In this document: one piece after another, positions 10,256-18,603 of the stretch | How the letters are laid out: every line of letters starts with the position of its first letter | Position numbering within the stretch: position 1 is the first letter of the stretch | Source of the DNA: a virus | Taxonomy: Duplodnaviria > Caudoviricetes | Length of the DNA stretch: 64,000 nucleotides | Virus record (IMG/VR): IMGVR_UViG_2513237266_000002 | Location: 33,677 to 97,676 of that record | Strand: one strand, 5' to 3' | The notes under the pieces: generated by a model | Seen by the model: the letters and a program-made list of their open reading frames with translations, nothing else | Databases searched by the model: none | Told to the model about the DNA's origin: nothing | Made by a program: the position numbers and the translations under genes

Positions 10256-10645
10256 ATGGGCTTTCCTTCACCTGCGGCAGATTACGTTGAAACAAGGATC
10301 TCCCTCGATCAGCAGCTAATCAGTCAGCCCGCAGCGACTTATTTCATGCGGGCATCGCGTTCACATTTCAGGGAAGGGATAATCCAGGGGGCGCTACTTG
10401 TTGTTGATGCGTCACTTTCTCCCTGTGATGGCTCGCTGCTGATCTGCGCGATAGACGGAGAATTTAGGATCAAGCGATATCGGACACATCCTCAACCCCA
10501 CCTCGTTAATCTGGAGAACGGGAGAAAGGAGGCGCTGCCAGTAGATGATGGCGGTTACAGTTCTGCACCCGCTATATTTGGGGTGCTTACTTACATCATC
10601 AATGACGCCAGGAATGCAGAGTTTGATGATTGCCCGGTGATGTGA
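10256..10645 (+). CDS. UmuD'-like (HumD-type) S24-fold protein
   Basis: Begins MGFPSPAADY (UmuD' N-terminus); GDSM catalytic motif replaced by RSHF. Confidence 0.85.
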   Translation: MGFPSPAADYVETRISLDQQLISQPAATYFMRASRSHFREGIIQGALLVVDASLSPCDGSLLICAIDGEFRIKRYRTHPQPHLVNLENGRKEALPVDDGGYSSAPAIFGVLTYIINDARNAEFDDCPVM

Positions 10646-10692
10646 GCACATCACTGTTAAGTGAAGTATGAAGTGGGGTTACGTGGTTGAGG

Positions 10693-10809
10693 TTAATTAT
10701 CATTTCTGTCTGGATTGTTAGACAAACCAATCCCTACTTTTACCGCAGCGAACAACATGATGCACAGAGTGGTAATCACGGCAAATACCAATGAGAGACT
10801 AGTAATCAT
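10693..10809 (-). CDS. Putative 38-aa single-pass membrane peptide
   Basis: Read manually: MITSLSLVFAVITTLCIMLFAAVKVGIGLSNNPDRNDN; weak RBS. Confidence 0.4.
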   Translation of the reverse strand: MITSLSLVFAVITTLCIMLFAAVKVGIGLSNNPDRNDN

Positions 10810-11032
10810 AGGGCTTCTTAATGTCAGATGAATTCTATTGTCAGACAACTGTATAGAGAAAAGGTTCCTGGCAATTATCGTGCTTGCTACTCAAGAGGAT
10901 ATTACAATCCGATAGATCGTAGTTGGCTGGTGATCTGTCGATAGTTTCACCCCAATAATTCCCCGGAGTTTCCCCGTACAGAAAATAGACATAAAAAAAC
11001 CAGCCGTAACAGGCTGGTTCTTAGAGGATTTT

Positions 11033-11077
11033 TGGTCGGCACGAGAGGATTTGAACCTCCGACCCCCGACACCCCAT
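11033..11077 (-). repeat. att scar: 3' half of tRNA-Pro(GGG), anticodon loop to CCA
   Basis: Reverse complement ATGGGGTGTCGGGGGTCGGAGGTTCAAATCCTCTCGTGCCGACCA; 5' half absent; TTCCCCG repeats at about 10959-10976. Confidence 0.9.
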
Positions 11078-11089
11078 ATTTGCGATAAG

Positions 11090-12295
11090 TTAGGTCTGTA
11101 CTAACGCTTCAGTTTCTGTAAGTGAGGTTTGATAGTGTTTTACTGCCTCAGCAAAGGCTTGCGCGGCATCTGCATTTGATACCATATATTCTTCAGTTAC
11201 CCCTGTTTGAGAATGGAAAGTAATATTTCCATAAATGCAAATAGGGATTTGGTAGTTGTCTTTAAATCGACGGTCTGGCGAGCCATTCTTATTCGTTTTC
11301 GCCCAGGTATAACCATCTATGCTTGAGTCACTGGGAACGCCTTCTTCCTCATGGAATCTTCGATATTCTGAACTGATTTGTAATTCGCGTAAATCAATCA
11401 GAGCGAACGCCCCATCAGCTCGTGGTATGACTGCAACTCCAGGATAAAGCAAAATATCGTCGCCATTCACATTTTCAAACCGCATCGCGCGCCCTGTGAA
11501 TTGAATGAGATCCGTTGAACTGAAATCAAAGGTAACAGGGTGACGATTAACAGAACGGGTTGCTAATGTTCTTTCGGCAAACTGGTCTGTAGCTTTATCT
11601 GCAGTAATATCCCATTTTTTGACACTCGATTTTAACATATCAAATGCACGGACCATCGCTGCATATGCGCGCTGTGATGTATCACTGCTCTCGAATGTTA
11701 TGGCTATTTTGGTGTTGTCTTCCCAGGATACCAGGCGAGATATCTCAGCTTGGGTTAGGGGGAGTACTGTCTCAAGTTCTGCGATGCGTCGTTTGTAAAA
11801 CCAACGGAATAGACTTGATTTGCGTCGAACCAGCTCGCTCTTTTGTTTTGATTCTTCAGCAAGAGCCTCTTGTAGATCTGCTTTTATCTCTGCCCTTTGT
11901 TCTCGCGCTTTAGCAATCAAATCTCGTAAAGGTAAAAGGGAGGTACTTGTCAGGACTTCTACCGAAGCGCTGGATATTTCATTCATGCCAGCCATTGGCA
12001 TATATATTTTAGCGTTCGATGGTGTGTTACTTGGGGATGCCTCGGGCATTCCCAAATGAGGTTCTGTAGAGGCCGGATTTAATGGATTGGTAACTGAGCG
12101 CCCATCATCATAGGGCAGGGTAGGTGTAGTATAAGATAAGCCTGTGCCCGGTAGTCCGACGGTCGCTCTGACCCCTTTTTTTCCAACATTGACAGTTGCT
12201 CCAGGCACACCAATGCTTGCGCTTATTCCACGCTTGCCAATGTTGAGCCTAACGCCAGGAAACAGAGTAAAGGTTTGTCTGAAACGAAGAGACAT
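11090..12295 (-). CDS. DUF4236 domain-containing protein
   Basis: MSLRFRQTFTLFPGVRLNIGKRG...LPGTGLSY N-terminal domain; NKNGSPDRRFKDN C-terminal motif. Confidence 0.85.
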   Translation of the reverse strand: MSLRFRQTFTLFPGVRLNIGKRGISASIGVPGATVNVGKKGVRATVGLPGTGLSYTTPTLPYDDGRSVTNPLNPASTEPHLGMPEASPSNTPSNAKIYMPMAGMNEISSASVEVLTSTSLLPLRDLIAKAREQRAEIKADLQEALAEESKQKSELVRRKSSLFRWFYKRRIAELETVLPLTQAEISRLVSWEDNTKIAITFESSDTSQRAYAAMVRAFDMLKSSVKKWDITADKATDQFAERTLATRSVNRHPVTFDFSSTDLIQFTGRAMRFENVNGDDILLYPGVAVIPRADGAFALIDLRELQISSEYRRFHEEEGVPSDSSIDGYTWAKTNKNGSPDRRFKDNYQIPICIYGNITFHSQTGVTEEYMVSNADAAQAFAEAVKHYQTSLTETEALVQT

Positions 12296-12584
12296 AAAGT
12301 TATCCCTATGTAGTTTTGTTCACCAAAGTTCGAAATGTTTTTATATGAACATTGAGCTGATACAAAAGCTTATCCTTAGCTCATCTTCATACTGCCATGA
12401 TACAGCGGTTTGCTTGCTGGTGAAGAAAAACGAAAAAGCCCGCATAAGCGGGCTTTTATGTCACTCGGGAGCCGCGGCTCCTTTGCGTATCCTTTTTTGT
12501 CCCCTCACCGTCTGGTCGGTGTCCTGCTGAGACTGCTAACTTCCTGTTATTGCTAGCGATGTCCTATCACTGTCCAATCATGAT

Positions 12585-12616
12585 TGGTGGAGCTGGCGGG
12601 AGTTGAACTCGCGTCC
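12585..12616 (-). repeat. att scar: 3' end of tmRNA (ssrA); left boundary of prophage 2
   Basis: Reverse complement GGACGCGAGTTCAACTCCCGCCAGCTCCACCA matches the recalled enterobacterial ssrA 3' end with 1 mismatch; GTGCAT arm-like repeats at 12670-12688. Confidence 0.88.
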
Positions 12617-12827
12617 TGAATGTATTTAACTCATTGAAAATAAATATTTATTTCGCATTGACAGGCTTCAAGTGCATTTTACGTGCATATCGAGGTCTGT
12701 CTAACGTCCTGATTCTGTCCAACATTTTGCAATATTTACCATGTAGCAGGGCTGACTAGGATCGGAAAATTTGGGGTTGTTTTGTGCGGTTCATAGCTTT
12801 TCAGGACTATTCACTACTGTTCAATCG

Positions 12828-12856
12828 TTGAAGATTTACCCATTAGGTAATACTAT
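12828..12856 (+). promoter_or_regulatory. Sigma70 promoter of the att-int cargo operon
   Basis: TTGAAG-17 bp-TACTAT. Confidence 0.6.
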
Positions 12857-12966
12857 GTTATTTGATAACTGCGGTTATCACGATCAAGGGCTACTGGTGA
12901 CGCAGTTATCATCAGTGGCTTTTTGTGTCTTTACTACAACGTCAGTAAAGCGTTGAGGAGGCTAAC

Positions 12967-13305
12967 ATGAGAACAGTAGCGAGAAGATCGATACAGACGA
13001 TTGAGCGTCGGACTCAACTCGTCAGTTCTTTTGTGGACTCAAAAACAGAAAAAGAATTCTTCGTGAGAAGGTTGAGCGACCGTGTATCACCGGCGCGCCA
13101 GCTGTTTATCGTGACACTTAATAATGACGTTCGTGACGGCGATGTTATCCCTTTCGCTGAGATCGCCATGAACAACCAAAAGTTGCGATATGTGGTCAGG
13201 CCTGTGGATCAGTACCCTCAGTACGTGAATGGCAATCTGCTTGAGCGAATTGAAGCGGCGATTGCTCAGTACATGAAGAATCATAAGGAAATCAACTACC
13301 ATTAG
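12967..13305 (+). CDS. Hypothetical protein (first gene of cargo pair)
   Basis: Strong GAGGAGG RBS, 112 aa. Confidence 0.75.
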   Translation: MRTVARRSIQTIERRTQLVSSFVDSKTEKEFFVRRLSDRVSPARQLFIVTLNNDVRDGDVIPFAEIAMNNQKLRYVVRPVDQYPQYVNGNLLERIEAAIAQYMKNHKEINYH

Positions 13306-13316
13306 AAGGCTGCAGC

Positions 13317-14084
13317 ATGGCTCCTGCGCTAATACCGTCTTACAGCAAGGATCTGAGCATTACGCCGTTTGGCGAAAAGCTACTGATTGAATCATTCTAC
13401 TTTTTCACGCTTGAAGCTGGCCTTTTAAGGGCTGATGAATACATCGTCTCAGCCGGTGAGTATCAATATTATCTCGATGTGTATCAGTTGGGTTGCTCGA
13501 CTGATGATTTCTTTTTGGATCATGGCCTTGACCTGATTGATATGCACATTCCAATGCAAGATATTGTTAACACTCTTTTGGCGTTGGATATGGTAGACGA
13601 TAATAAAACAATTCGAATTGGTCGAATTCAATTCAATGATTTTAACTTCATTGAAGAAAACGGGCAGATGATGACTGGTAAACAGGTAAAAAGCGCTGTT
13701 ATCGCTCCAGACTTCCAGTCGGCGGGCCTTGCCCGAGAAGTATACAAAATGCTCGCCAGGAAACATGAGTTTCTGATCTGCGATAATATTCAGAGCATCG
13801 CTGGTGGTGCTCTTTGGGCAAGCAGTATCATTCGTATCGCAGAGGTGAGGATCTACAATTCGCGCACGAAGAAATTCATGGACATCCTTGGTCCCGGTGC
13901 GCGTGGTGTTTCAGGTACTTTGCCCTGGAGTGCGAATGATTTGTCTGTAGATGAGATTGTTCGCTGGGGTCGTGCGTATGATGATGAAAACTGTTGTCGT
14001 CATATTGTGCATGTTATCTGTAAAGACCGACTCATAGACGATCAATTTCATGATTATGTTTCGATAGGTGGCGCAACAGAATAA
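13317..14084 (+). CDS. GNAT-like acetyltransferase-fold protein
   Basis: VIAPDFQSAGLAREVY resembles acetyl-CoA motif A, followed by DNIQSIAGGALW. Confidence 0.6.
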   Translation: MAPALIPSYSKDLSITPFGEKLLIESFYFFTLEAGLLRADEYIVSAGEYQYYLDVYQLGCSTDDFFLDHGLDLIDMHIPMQDIVNTLLALDMVDDNKTIRIGRIQFNDFNFIEENGQMMTGKQVKSAVIAPDFQSAGLAREVYKMLARKHEFLICDNIQSIAGGALWASSIIRIAEVRIYNSRTKKFMDILGPGARGVSGTLPWSANDLSVDEIVRWGRAYDDENCCRHIVHVICKDRLIDDQFHDYVSIGGATE

Positions 14085-14095
14085 CCATCAAACAG

Positions 14096-14118
14096 ACCCG
14101 GCAAATGCCGGGTTTTTT
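14096..14118 (+). terminator. Terminator between cargo operon and int
   Basis: ACCCGGC-aaat-GCCGGGT + T run. Confidence 0.75.
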
Positions 14119-14125
14119 CTTCAAA

Positions 14126-15304
14126 TCACTTCTTCATTCCAGCTTCCATTGCGGTTTTACCGTCATATTCAGCTAGGTATTTACCGTAATTGCGGAATAA
14201 CATTTCCGGCCCTTTGTGGCCCATCTGTCCAGCAAGCCAGAAGAGGTTAACGCCCTGGCTAATATGCTTGGTGGCGAACGTGTGACGGGTCTGGTACGGG
14301 TTACGGTAACGCACGCCTGCTTTTTTCAGTGTCGGTACCCATGCTTTTTTGCGGATCGCGTCGGCGTTCGCCCAGGGCTCCCCCGTTTTCGGATCGCTGA
14401 ATATGAACTCACTTTTCATAAAGGTGTATTGTTTCTGCGCCTGCAGGGCTGCCAGCGCTTCACTGTTCAGCTCCACCTTACGGGTACCGGCTTTTGTCTT
14501 GGTACCTTTAAGTACCCCTACGACACTAGCTGCCTGTACGTGGGCGGTGTTCGCTATAGTATCGAGATCAGGCCAGCGCAGCGCGCACAGTTCGGAGCTC
14601 CGCAGACCGGTATTGAAGGCGAAGCGGAACAGGTTTTCCCATTCCGGGTATCTGCAGCTCTGGTAAATAGCGAGGGTTTCCGCTGGCGTGAACGGGTCAA
14701 CCACGTAATCGTCGGCGCTTGGACTGTTGTCGATCACATGGTACCGGCTGGCACTGACAAGGGTTACCGGGTTAATGGTCAGCAGACCATCCGTAACAGC
14801 TTCATCGATGGCGCTGCGTAGAAACGAAAGGTTATTTCTGGTCGTTTTCAGCTTTGTTTTCCGGCTTGCTATCCAGTTTTTAAGGACCGCCGGCGTCAGT
14901 TCTGACACGTGGAGTTTATGTAGGGCTGACAGCGCCGACAGGCATTTTTCATAACCGTTGATAGTCGACGGGGACAGGTTGCGGTTCTGGCAGATTTTCA
15001 GGTACTCGTCCAGGTAAGACTTTATATTTTTGGTCTTCTTCACTACCCCGAACAGCTCCAGCTTTTTGGAGTTGGGGAAATATTTCGCATATTCAAAGGT
15101 GCTACTGACGATCTGGTTTTGTATCTCCCCGAGCAGGCGCTCGGCGTACTTCACACCGCGCGCGTTTGCTTCCATTTTGGAGAGGGGCTCCCGGCACAGA
15201 ACCCCTTTGTATGTGAAAGTGATAACCAGAGTGTCGCCAGTTTTATGCTGGCGGATGGTTACTCCTCTTGGGAGAGATAATGATCCTTGTTCTTTCTTGC
15301 CCAC
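14126..15304 (-). CDS. int: Prophage 2 integrase (tyrosine recombinase with arm-binding domain)
   Basis: TGLRSSEL, YQTRHTFA, MGH...Y motifs; points toward the ssrA scar. Confidence 0.93.
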   Translation of the reverse strand: MGKKEQGSLSLPRGVTIRQHKTGDTLVITFTYKGVLCREPLSKMEANARGVKYAERLLGEIQNQIVSSTFEYAKYFPNSKKLELFGVVKKTKNIKSYLDEYLKICQNRNLSPSTINGYEKCLSALSALHKLHVSELTPAVLKNWIASRKTKLKTTRNNLSFLRSAIDEAVTDGLLTINPVTLVSASRYHVIDNSPSADDYVVDPFTPAETLAIYQSCRYPEWENLFRFAFNTGLRSSELCALRWPDLDTIANTAHVQAASVVGVLKGTKTKAGTRKVELNSEALAALQAQKQYTFMKSEFIFSDPKTGEPWANADAIRKKAWVPTLKKAGVRYRNPYQTRHTFATKHISQGVNLFWLAGQMGHKGPEMLFRNYGKYLAEYDGKTAMEAGMKK

Positions 15305-15468
15305 TTTGAAACCTCCGTTAAGTCAATCCAGCGTTCTTTAACGCCATCGACTTTTAATACATGTACTCCCTCCTTCCATAACCCCCTTTGTATCCGTTTG
15401 TTAACGGCTTCTACCGTTTCCCCCGCGTCCCTGCAGTACGTAGAAAGGGGTACACAGTCAAGACTCAT
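15259..15468 (-). CDS. xis: Excisionase
   Basis: 69-aa basic protein overlapping int start; WKEGVH motif; GGAGG RBS. Confidence 0.75.
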   Translation of the reverse strand: MSLDCVPLSTYCRDAGETVEAVNKRIQRGLWKEGVHVLKVDGVKERWIDLTEVSKWARKNKDHYLSQEE

Positions 15469-15766
15469 GGCTGACCTCCCGCCCGAAAGCCTGGGCATTT
15501 TCCAGTTCATTAGCTGCATAAATCAGCGCGTTGTGATGTGAGCGAAAACCACCATCGAGTTCGCGAGCAGCTCTGTCGCGCAAGATGTCGATCGCAGCCT
15601 GATAGTCATTCTGGCAATCGGCTGACTTTTCAGCCGAACAGGCTGGCAGCTTCCCCAGTACCATCAACATGTTTTCCGGGGCGATGGGAATGGTGGCGAG
15701 CCCCAGCTCTTTGGCCTCCACCGCTAAACGGGTCCAGCGGCTAATAATGTCTTGGTGTTTACTCAC
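15458..15766 (-). CDS. Hypothetical early protein
   Basis: GTG start with GGAGG RBS, coupled to neighbours. Confidence 0.65.
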   Translation of the reverse strand: MSKHQDIISRWTRLAVEAKELGLATIPIAPENMLMVLGKLPACSAEKSADCQNDYQAAIDILRDRAARELDGGFRSHHNALIYAANELENAQAFGREVSHES

Positions 15767-16197
15767 GGCAAATCCTCCCATTTGAGGTTTTTACCTGTTC
15801 GGCGATGGATTTCATTCCTTTTCAAATGCAGCAGATGTCTACAGTAATCACAGCAATCCATGTTGTTCTTCGGATTTTTAATCGCATTTGCTCTCCGATA
15901 TGTGTACGTACCGCAGGCGCAACGAACCACGTAGCGCATACTGTCTCCTTGTTTGATAGCGGCGATCCCAATTACGGTCATTCGCCCGAAAACCCTCCCT
16001 CGGAATAAATAAAATTGTTCCCGCTGCGTTCGATCCATTTGACATATTTCAAGAGTAGGGAGTGGTGTTTCGCTATCCCCCTGCTCGCGTTTTTTGTCTG
16101 GCTGCCAATCAATGCCCTTACCGATAACCCTGGCTGCAACACGATCCGCTGGAACTCTAGTCACATCGAATAAATCTTTTGCCATTCCGAACACCAT
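15763..16197 (-). CDS. Hypothetical Cys-rich early protein
   Basis: GRVFGRMTV..RCACG..CCDYC putative Zn-binding motif. Confidence 0.65.
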   Translation of the reverse strand: MVFGMAKDLFDVTRVPADRVAARVIGKGIDWQPDKKREQGDSETPLPTLEICQMDRTQREQFYLFRGRVFGRMTVIGIAAIKQGDSMRYVVRCACGTYTYRRANAIKNPKNNMDCCDYCRHLLHLKRNEIHRRTGKNLKWEDLP

Positions 16198-16288
16198 TAG
16201 AAGTTCATTAAAAATTTGTACTCAATCAGCGCGCCGAACACGACGGCCACCAATAACAGGCCAAACAACATTGACAGGAGGAAAGATT

Positions 16289-16513
16289 TCATCGTGTCGC
16301 CTCCCGCTGAACAGTTTTGTACGCACGCAGCATGTCGCGAGATTTACCTGATAAAGCCGTCTTCATGAAGAACATCCCAGTACGGGTTGCAATGATGTCT
16401 GGTGTGCAAAGCAGCGTGGCATCGACCACCCGGTTATGTTTACGGAACTCAAACACCGTACTGGTGATAACGATGTTCGCTACGGCGCCATAGTCCTGGT
16501 ATTGGATTTTCAT
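16289..16513 (-). CDS. Hypothetical early protein
   Basis: Coupled ORF in leftward operon. Confidence 0.65.
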   Translation of the reverse strand: MKIQYQDYGAVANIVITSTVFEFRKHNRVVDATLLCTPDIIATRTGMFFMKTALSGKSRDMLRAYKTVQREATR

Positions 16514-16731
16514 TTTCTGTCCTTCAGTTTGCTGTATCGTTCATGGCTCATCACTTCCCAGTTCTGGCCGCCGTCACGGGACAGTAACCGCCAGCGGCGA
16601 TTAACCCTCAGGCTCAAGTTTCCGGAGCCGTGCATACGGCAGGGATGAATTCGCCTGGCTCTGAACTGGCGGAGTATATTGACCGCCTGCAGGTGCACCC
16701 ACTCAGGAATTCGTATCGCTGTCAGGGCCAT
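16510..16731 (-). CDS. ParE/RelE-like small basic protein
   Basis: LSLRVNRRWRLL..WEVMSHERY pattern. Confidence 0.55.
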   Translation of the reverse strand: MALTAIRIPEWVHLQAVNILRQFRARRIHPCRMHGSGNLSLRVNRRWRLLSRDGGQNWEVMSHERYSKLKDRK

Positions 16732-16915
16732 TGTCCTTGCCTCCTGCTGGTGGGGTTACCGTGTAACCGGCTCGTTCTGCCATCCATAGAAATGTCTCAA
16801 GCGATGCTGTAACCTCGCCGTTCTGAACCGGACGCGCGTGGATAACCTTTCCGTTCTCGATCGTCAGCACGATATTTACTGGTTCGTGCGTGATAATTGG
16901 TGTCTGATCACTCAT
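16703..16915 (-). CDS. Hypothetical early protein
   Basis: MSDQTPIITH start overlapping the upstream gene. Confidence 0.6.
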   Translation of the reverse strand: MSDQTPIITHEPVNIVLTIENGKVIHARPVQNGEVTASLETFLWMAERAGYTVTPPAGGKDNGPDSDTNS

Positions 16916-17270
16916 GGCTTGTTTCCGCTGTGACTGATTTTTTCTTGGCAAACTCAACCAGCTCAGAAATGAGCTCGTCGATTAATGCCTTTCCGCTTTC
17001 TGTAAGGAACTCACCGCTGCCATTCACATCTACGGCGTTGCTGTAAATTCCTCGGATGGCTTTTACACCTTCAATATTTCCGTACTCACTGAGGATCATT
17101 TTTTCGAATCGCCTCAACAGGCCGTCAATTAGTATTTCTGTTAATTCGATAGTGTTAATTCCACCCTTAGGCATATTAATGATGATGCAGGTGCTTCCTG
17201 TTTTTCGCTGATGGCGTAATAGCGCAGATTTAAGAATTCTGTGGCGATACGTATTGATTAAATTATTCAC
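16908..17270 (-). CDS. Hypothetical early protein
   Basis: GTG start overlapping the upstream gene. Confidence 0.6.
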   Translation of the reverse strand: MNNLINTYRHRILKSALLRHQRKTGSTCIIINMPKGGINTIELTEILIDGLLRRFEKMILSEYGNIEGVKAIRGIYSNAVDVNGSGEFLTESGKALIDELISELVEFAKKKSVTAETSHE

Positions 17271-17454
17271 GTCGCTTTTCCTCTGCTTCACACCAGTACA
17301 ATAAATTCGCCGAAGCATTAAGAGCCATACCTAGCAAAGAATTTTTTTGATTTGTGTTTAACTCACTATTGCTTATTACTATTTCCAGAATGGTGTTTAG
17401 GTTCTCTGCCTCTAAAAGTATTTCATCTATCCCAGCCGTCTTTGGGTTCCACAT
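17263..17454 (-). CDS. Hypothetical early protein
   Basis: GGAG RBS, 63 aa. Confidence 0.55.
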   Translation of the reverse strand: MWNPKTAGIDEILLEAENLNTILEIVISNSELNTNQKNSLLGMALNASANLLYWCEAEEKRRE

Positions 17455-17561
17455 TTTCTATCTCCCATATGCTTTTTTTAGGTAAAGCCGCGCGATTACC
17501 TCGTAACCGCAGGACGCATAAAGGCATGCTGTTCTATATGCCGATTTATCTATAATGAGAG

Positions 17562-17948
17562 TCATATGAAGTGCCTCACAGCCAAAGAAGCGACAACCCT
17601 TCCGTGGATACGCATGTCTTTTTGCTCACCAGCATTAAGCGTGAAAGTTTGGTAATGGAGATTGTCAGAAATAATCTTTAATGCGCCGTTCGGCAATGGC
17701 TCTATTCGCTTAATGAACAGGCAGCTACGACCGAAAACATCGCCCGTAAAAACATATATACCGGGTGTAAGAACGCGGCCTCCACAATCAACAAAAGCCA
17801 CTACCTCACAGGGTTCGATAGTCGGCTGCATTGAATCACCTTCCATCCTGCAGCTCTTAACTCTGTTTCCAAAATCATTAATATTGTCAGAGCCAAATAA
17901 CATTTGAGGCGCTTTAATTGGCTTGTTAAAAGAAAGTGAAGTTTGCAT
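17562..17948 (-). CDS. Stand-alone S24 peptidase-domain protein (no HTH)
   Basis: GDSMQPTI, FIKRI, IISDN, IHGRVV motifs. Confidence 0.85.
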   Translation of the reverse strand: MQTSLSFNKPIKAPQMLFGSDNINDFGNRVKSCRMEGDSMQPTIEPCEVVAFVDCGGRVLTPGIYVFTGDVFGRSCLFIKRIEPLPNGALKIISDNLHYQTFTLNAGEQKDMRIHGRVVASLAVRHFI

Positions 17949-18009
17949 TTCATTTCCTCAAGGTGAGTTTGCACCCACTCAAATAAGTGTTTGTAAATTT
18001 ATTTTTTAT

Positions 18010-18228
18010 TTAAAGTTTATAAGTATCGAAGTCAGCAATGCTCTTGTTTAAATTATTCAATGTCTGGACTACCAAAGTAATTAGAGCGTGCTCTCGTTCT
18101 TCTTCAGCGCTCGTCATTTGTTCCAAGAGAAGCCATAACGAACATTCGCAGCACCGCACATCATGTGACCAGCTTAGAATTGTTCTGCTTGTTTCTTCCT
18201 TATTCAAAGTGACGGTTTTATCATTCAT
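18010..18228 (-). CDS. Hypothetical early protein
   Basis: GGAG RBS, coupled. Confidence 0.6.
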   Translation of the reverse strand: MNDKTVTLNKEETSRTILSWSHDVRCCECSLWLLLEQMTSAEEEREHALITLVVQTLNNLNKSIADFDTYKL

Positions 18229-18440
18229 TGTTTATTCTCCGGCCAATCTTGACCAATCTCATTGTTTAACGTGGAGAGATTTTTTTTAAGTTGATTTATG
18301 CAAATTTTAATAACTGATGCAGGCTTGTAAGCAGCCTCAGGATCGGATTCAGTATATTCAAGTGCGTTAATTACGCGGTCAATATCCATGGCTAATTGAT
18401 GGATCTTACCGTTTTTTGATATAAGCGTTTCTATACTCAT
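18225..18440 (-). CDS. Hypothetical protein, first gene of pL operon
   Basis: GGAG RBS, just downstream of OL sites. Confidence 0.65.
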   Translation of the reverse strand: MSIETLISKNGKIHQLAMDIDRVINALEYTESDPEAAYKPASVIKICINQLKKNLSTLNNEIGQDWPENKQ

Positions 18441-18473
18441 TTCGTGGCTCCGTTATTTGCCGTTAAATTAATA

Positions 18474-18510
18474 ATACTAGATGTTTTAATATCTGCAATA
18501 CTAAAAGTAT
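18474..18510. promoter_or_regulatory. OL: two CI operator sites
   Basis: ATACTAGATGTTT (18474) and palindromic ATACTAAAAGTAT (18498), 24 bp apart. Confidence 0.65.
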
Positions 18511-18555
18511 AGTTTTGTGGCGAGATAATGCTTACTTATTGAAATGTAAGGATAT

Positions 18556-18585
18556 AAAAAAAGCCTGTCAGGATAGACAGGCTTT
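18556..18585 (-). terminator. Terminator after cI
   Basis: AAGCCTGTC-aggata-GACAGGCTT with A run on the left. Confidence 0.75.
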
Positions 18586-18603
18586 GTACTGTTAGTAGCT
18601 AAA

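Larger units (their letters stand above)
1..11077 (+). mobile_element. Prophage 1 (lambda/phi80-like siphovirus), right end only
   Basis: Lambda-order tail genes H-M-L-K-I-J, cor, side fibre, dinI/humD; ends at tRNA-Pro 3'-half scar with TTCCCC arm-like repeats. Confidence 0.9.

Noticed and set aside
11033-11077. Intact tRNA-Pro gene
   Set aside because: Only the anticodon loop to CCA is present; the acceptor 5' strand and D arm are missing
12585-12616. Functional tmRNA gene
   Set aside because: Only 32 nt of the 3' end; no tag reading frame or 5' end
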